This document shows, piece after piece, positions 60,926 through 64,000 of a DNA stretch of 64,000 nucleotides. The notes under the pieces were generated by a model that saw nothing but the letters and a program-made list of their open reading frames with translations, searched no databases and had not been told where the DNA came from. The stretch is from Massalongia carnosa (Eukaryota). The stretch covers positions 1,922,001 to 1,986,000 of the forward strand of contig OZ287075.1 in NCBI GenBank assembly GCA_965645245.1. The letters run 5' to 3'. Made by a program: the position numbers and the translations under genes. The stretch's first letter is position 1, and the number at the start of each line of letters is the position of its first letter.

Positions 60926-63916
60926 TCATGTGGAAGCCAGTGTCATGACCTCCAGGGTGTTACTTGCGCTCGATTTACGTGAGCCAACCAAGCCATCGGT
61001 GCAGCTGGCGTTGGTGCTCGGAAGAGAGATGCTCTGCGGTGACTGTGCATCGCTGATTAAAGGAGGTGGTGTAGGAGCTGCGGATGTGTCGATGGGGGGT
61101 GGAGGTGAAGGATTGTTATGGGCTTGTGGAAGAAGAACTGGGCTGTTGTACACAATCTTCTCAATCGCAGCGATTTGCTTTCCATATGAGAATCGTTTGA
61201 GAAGAGCTAGTTGCGGTTTGATCAGCTCGATAAACCGGTCAGATTCGGAATCTTTGAGCTGGGTGAGAAGCTTTTCTATGCGATGATCAGCAAGCGCCAT
61301 GATCATGGATGGAACAGAACGTACGAATCACATAGTTGCCGTATTGGTCGCGTATCAACGACAGCAGGGGACTCTCGCCCTTGTCGTTGAGGACGGCCAG
61401 CGTGCTGATGATTTTGGCTCTCTGGTCGGCCGTGCCAAACTCAATACTCTTCTCCACGACATTGCTCGCAAATTTGTGTTTAGAGAAGCTGACAAGGTTT
61501 CCTGCGACAAGGGAGATGACCTTGGCACGATCCTCGTCCCTGCCATGCTCAATAACGTGCTGGGTGACATAGTTGCCATATTGGTCGGTGATCAAGGCCG
61601 AAGCACATGCATGCAACTCCTGGAGAACGGTTGATCTGGTAGGCTCCTTGCAATGCTCGAGCATACGTTGGATGACGCGACAACCATATGCATGAGTCGC
61701 CAAGCCATGCACTTGCCCTGTGAATGCGTTGATGATGAATTGAATATGTTCGGCTGGGACTCTTTCGATCGCCTTTTGGATAACGTGGTTGCCATTCTGG
61801 TCCTTGACGCATTTAAGCACATGGTGTTCGAGCTCTTTCACTAACAGCGCTTGTTGATCGGTAAGAATATGTTCCAAAGCCTACCAGGTCAGCAACCGTC
61901 TCACAAAAACATGATTCAAGTCCAATGCACCTTTTGGACAACCCGACAGCCATACATCTGCAGCGAGAGCGTCAAAATATGATTCTTCATCTGGCTCGCC
62001 AAAATCTTCTTTTGCCCCTGATTGCCATGCTCGAAGAATTTCTGAATAACATAATTGCCAAATACGTCGGTCGTCAACTGTAAGGCGTTTGGATGAATTT
62101 CACGAAAAACTTGCTCTTTTTCGTCGCTATTGGCCGTCTCCAGTTTTTGTTGAATAAATCTTGAGCCGTGCTGGTCGCCACTAAACTCCACAACGTAATT
62201 GTAAATATCCTGTGAGGATTTAGTCAGGGATCCAGAACTGTTGCTTCCTCGTGTTTTACCTTCAACTCATACCGCTTGTTTGTTTTGCCGCTGGTTCTGA
62301 ATTCTTCCAGGAGAGCGCTTCTTACATGACCAACTTCGTTCTCCCTGGCTGGTCCTCTGGGGACATGTGAAGGGATCATGGGGCTTGAGGCTGCGGGCAT
62401 GTGGTAAAAGTGAGCATGAGGATTCATCCGCAGACTATTTGTCGGGCGGAAGTCGTAGGTGGGAGTGAAAGAGGGTCGGAACTGCATAGGATTCGGCTGC
62501 GATGGATACCCTTGCTGCTCTTGCTGCAAGCCTCGCAATTTTCGATCCAAGAGAGCCGCTTGCCCGCTTGGCACATCATTAACATGAATACCAACTTTAG
62601 GCACTCGAGACTGCATGCTCGCAGGGGAGGCTGCACCGGTGGAGTAGAAAGGGCTTTGTTGACTGCGTCGCGCGTCGCTATTGCTTGGAGAGGGCGAATA
62701 TGGCGCGCCAAACGGTATTGCCCGATACTGGCTGGGATATGGAAGGAGTGCGGTGGTCAAACCACCATCTTGGCTGAAGCCATTCAGGTTCGCCTGGTAT
62801 GCGTTATCTTCGGACCAGGCATCGCCAGTTTCATGGACAGCAAGTTGATGGGAGTACTCGTGCGTAAAGTTGTTATTGTGCCCATTGCTGGCCTCCTTTG
62901 TTGGGATAGAGTAAAAACCTCCAATCTCCCTGCCGACGTTCATCTTGCTGAAATCTGCCACGAACGCACCTAGTTGGATTGGATTCGTCTGGCTGTCAAA
63001 CCTCTGTCCGTAAGATTCCGTTCGTGGCGCGTGCGAAGGGGCATGTGCTGATAGGTTTGGACGATGTGAAGGGGTTGATGCCGATTGACCCAGGTGTTGG
63101 AACTGAGTGTTGACAGGGTCGTCGCTGTAGCGAGATGGCTCCGCACCGTTGTGCGACGGCGGTAGGCTGCCACTACCGGACGCTGCACTGCTGGTATACC
63201 CCGACAGAGTACTCTGAGGAGCATGCCGCGTCGGTTGCATCTTGTAGCCTATTTCATTACAGCTGAGATTTACCGCTTTCGCAGTATACCGATTATCCTC
63301 ATCGCTGTTCTGTCGCGATGAACGACTCAATTGACTTTGATCGAAAGGGCCGGGAACAATGAAACTTCCCGACGGCGGATCTGGAAAAGGTTTCCGCGAG
63401 GGTTTGGTTGAGAGCCCTTGAGATATGGTAGCCCCTGGGTTAATGGCAAAATACGATGGATTCCCCGAGCTGGATTCGGCAATGGATTGAGGAAGAAACT
63501 GATTGCTGCTCTGACGACGCATGGGAGAAGAATTCGAATGATTGGTATGCGAGCTCGAGGCGGTTGGAGAGGTGCTATCAACAGTCTTCCACTGAGGATG
63601 GTGACTACCCCAGCTATCAGATTCTGACGACGGCAAGAGCGATCCAGATCCCGTGATAGTTTCCGTGTTGCATGGAGAAGTCGATAGATCGTCTTTGCTT
63701 CTGGAGTTAGCACGTTTCGATCAACGTGATTCGACGACGGCGGCGGCAGCACCAACCTTGAACTCGACCGGAATCGACAGAACCGTTTTTCAGCCCACTT
63801 CCGATGGCGGTGTTCCCCCAGATGCCACCGTTGATATTCCAGCCGCTTTGTCCACTCCCGAAGCCTGTCCGAAAAGCCGATCCATGCAACGGCCGTGCTT
63901 GCTCCCCGTTCGCCAT
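60926..63916 (-). CDS. PUF3: Pumilio/PUF RNA-binding protein (Puf3-like); a further 5' exon may lie beyond the window
   Basis: PUF repeats [79 protein letters not shown]; long disordered N-terminus. Confidence 0.93.
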
Positions 63917-64000
63917 GTTTGACCCGGAGCCGACGTTGCCGAACCTATTCCTTGCCTATTCCAACATTGGCTTAGCATAGTTCAATTGCTTGCCAAGAGG

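Overview
This is a eukaryotic window from a filamentous ascomycete (Pezizomycotina), with GT-AG introns and CTAAC-type branch points. Intact conserved genes: MAK16, MSS1/MnmE, a CFEM-GPI protein, a small membrane protein, the formin SepA, NAD-dependent formate dehydrogenase, an Mso1-like protein, glucosidase I (CWH41), a Q/N/G-rich protein, mitochondrial LeuRS, an FAD oxidoreductase, an SDR and a Pumilio/PUF protein. Between them lie accessory tracts with decayed genes, four kinds of short TIR elements (TSDs of 5 bp, 9 bp, TA and 4 bp) and a 3.5 kb intron-containing pogo/Fot1 transposon. The most interesting signals are: (1) a signal-peptide-less 330 aa protein with ten invariant GRGGYN cores whose DNA differs only at synonymous sites (candidate new multicore peptide precursor or RGG/SP regulatory protein); (2) an orphan UstYa/DUF3328 oxidase with a duplicated splice acceptor; (3) a second, divergent ORF inside the pogo element; (4) a Transib-like CAC...GTG element with a 5 bp TSD; (5) a mitochondrial presequence of FDH that is itself shaped like an intron and abuts a second intron; (6) a secreted protein with a hydrophobin-like 8-Cys domain of atypical spacing. 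All calls are by eye; no searches were run.
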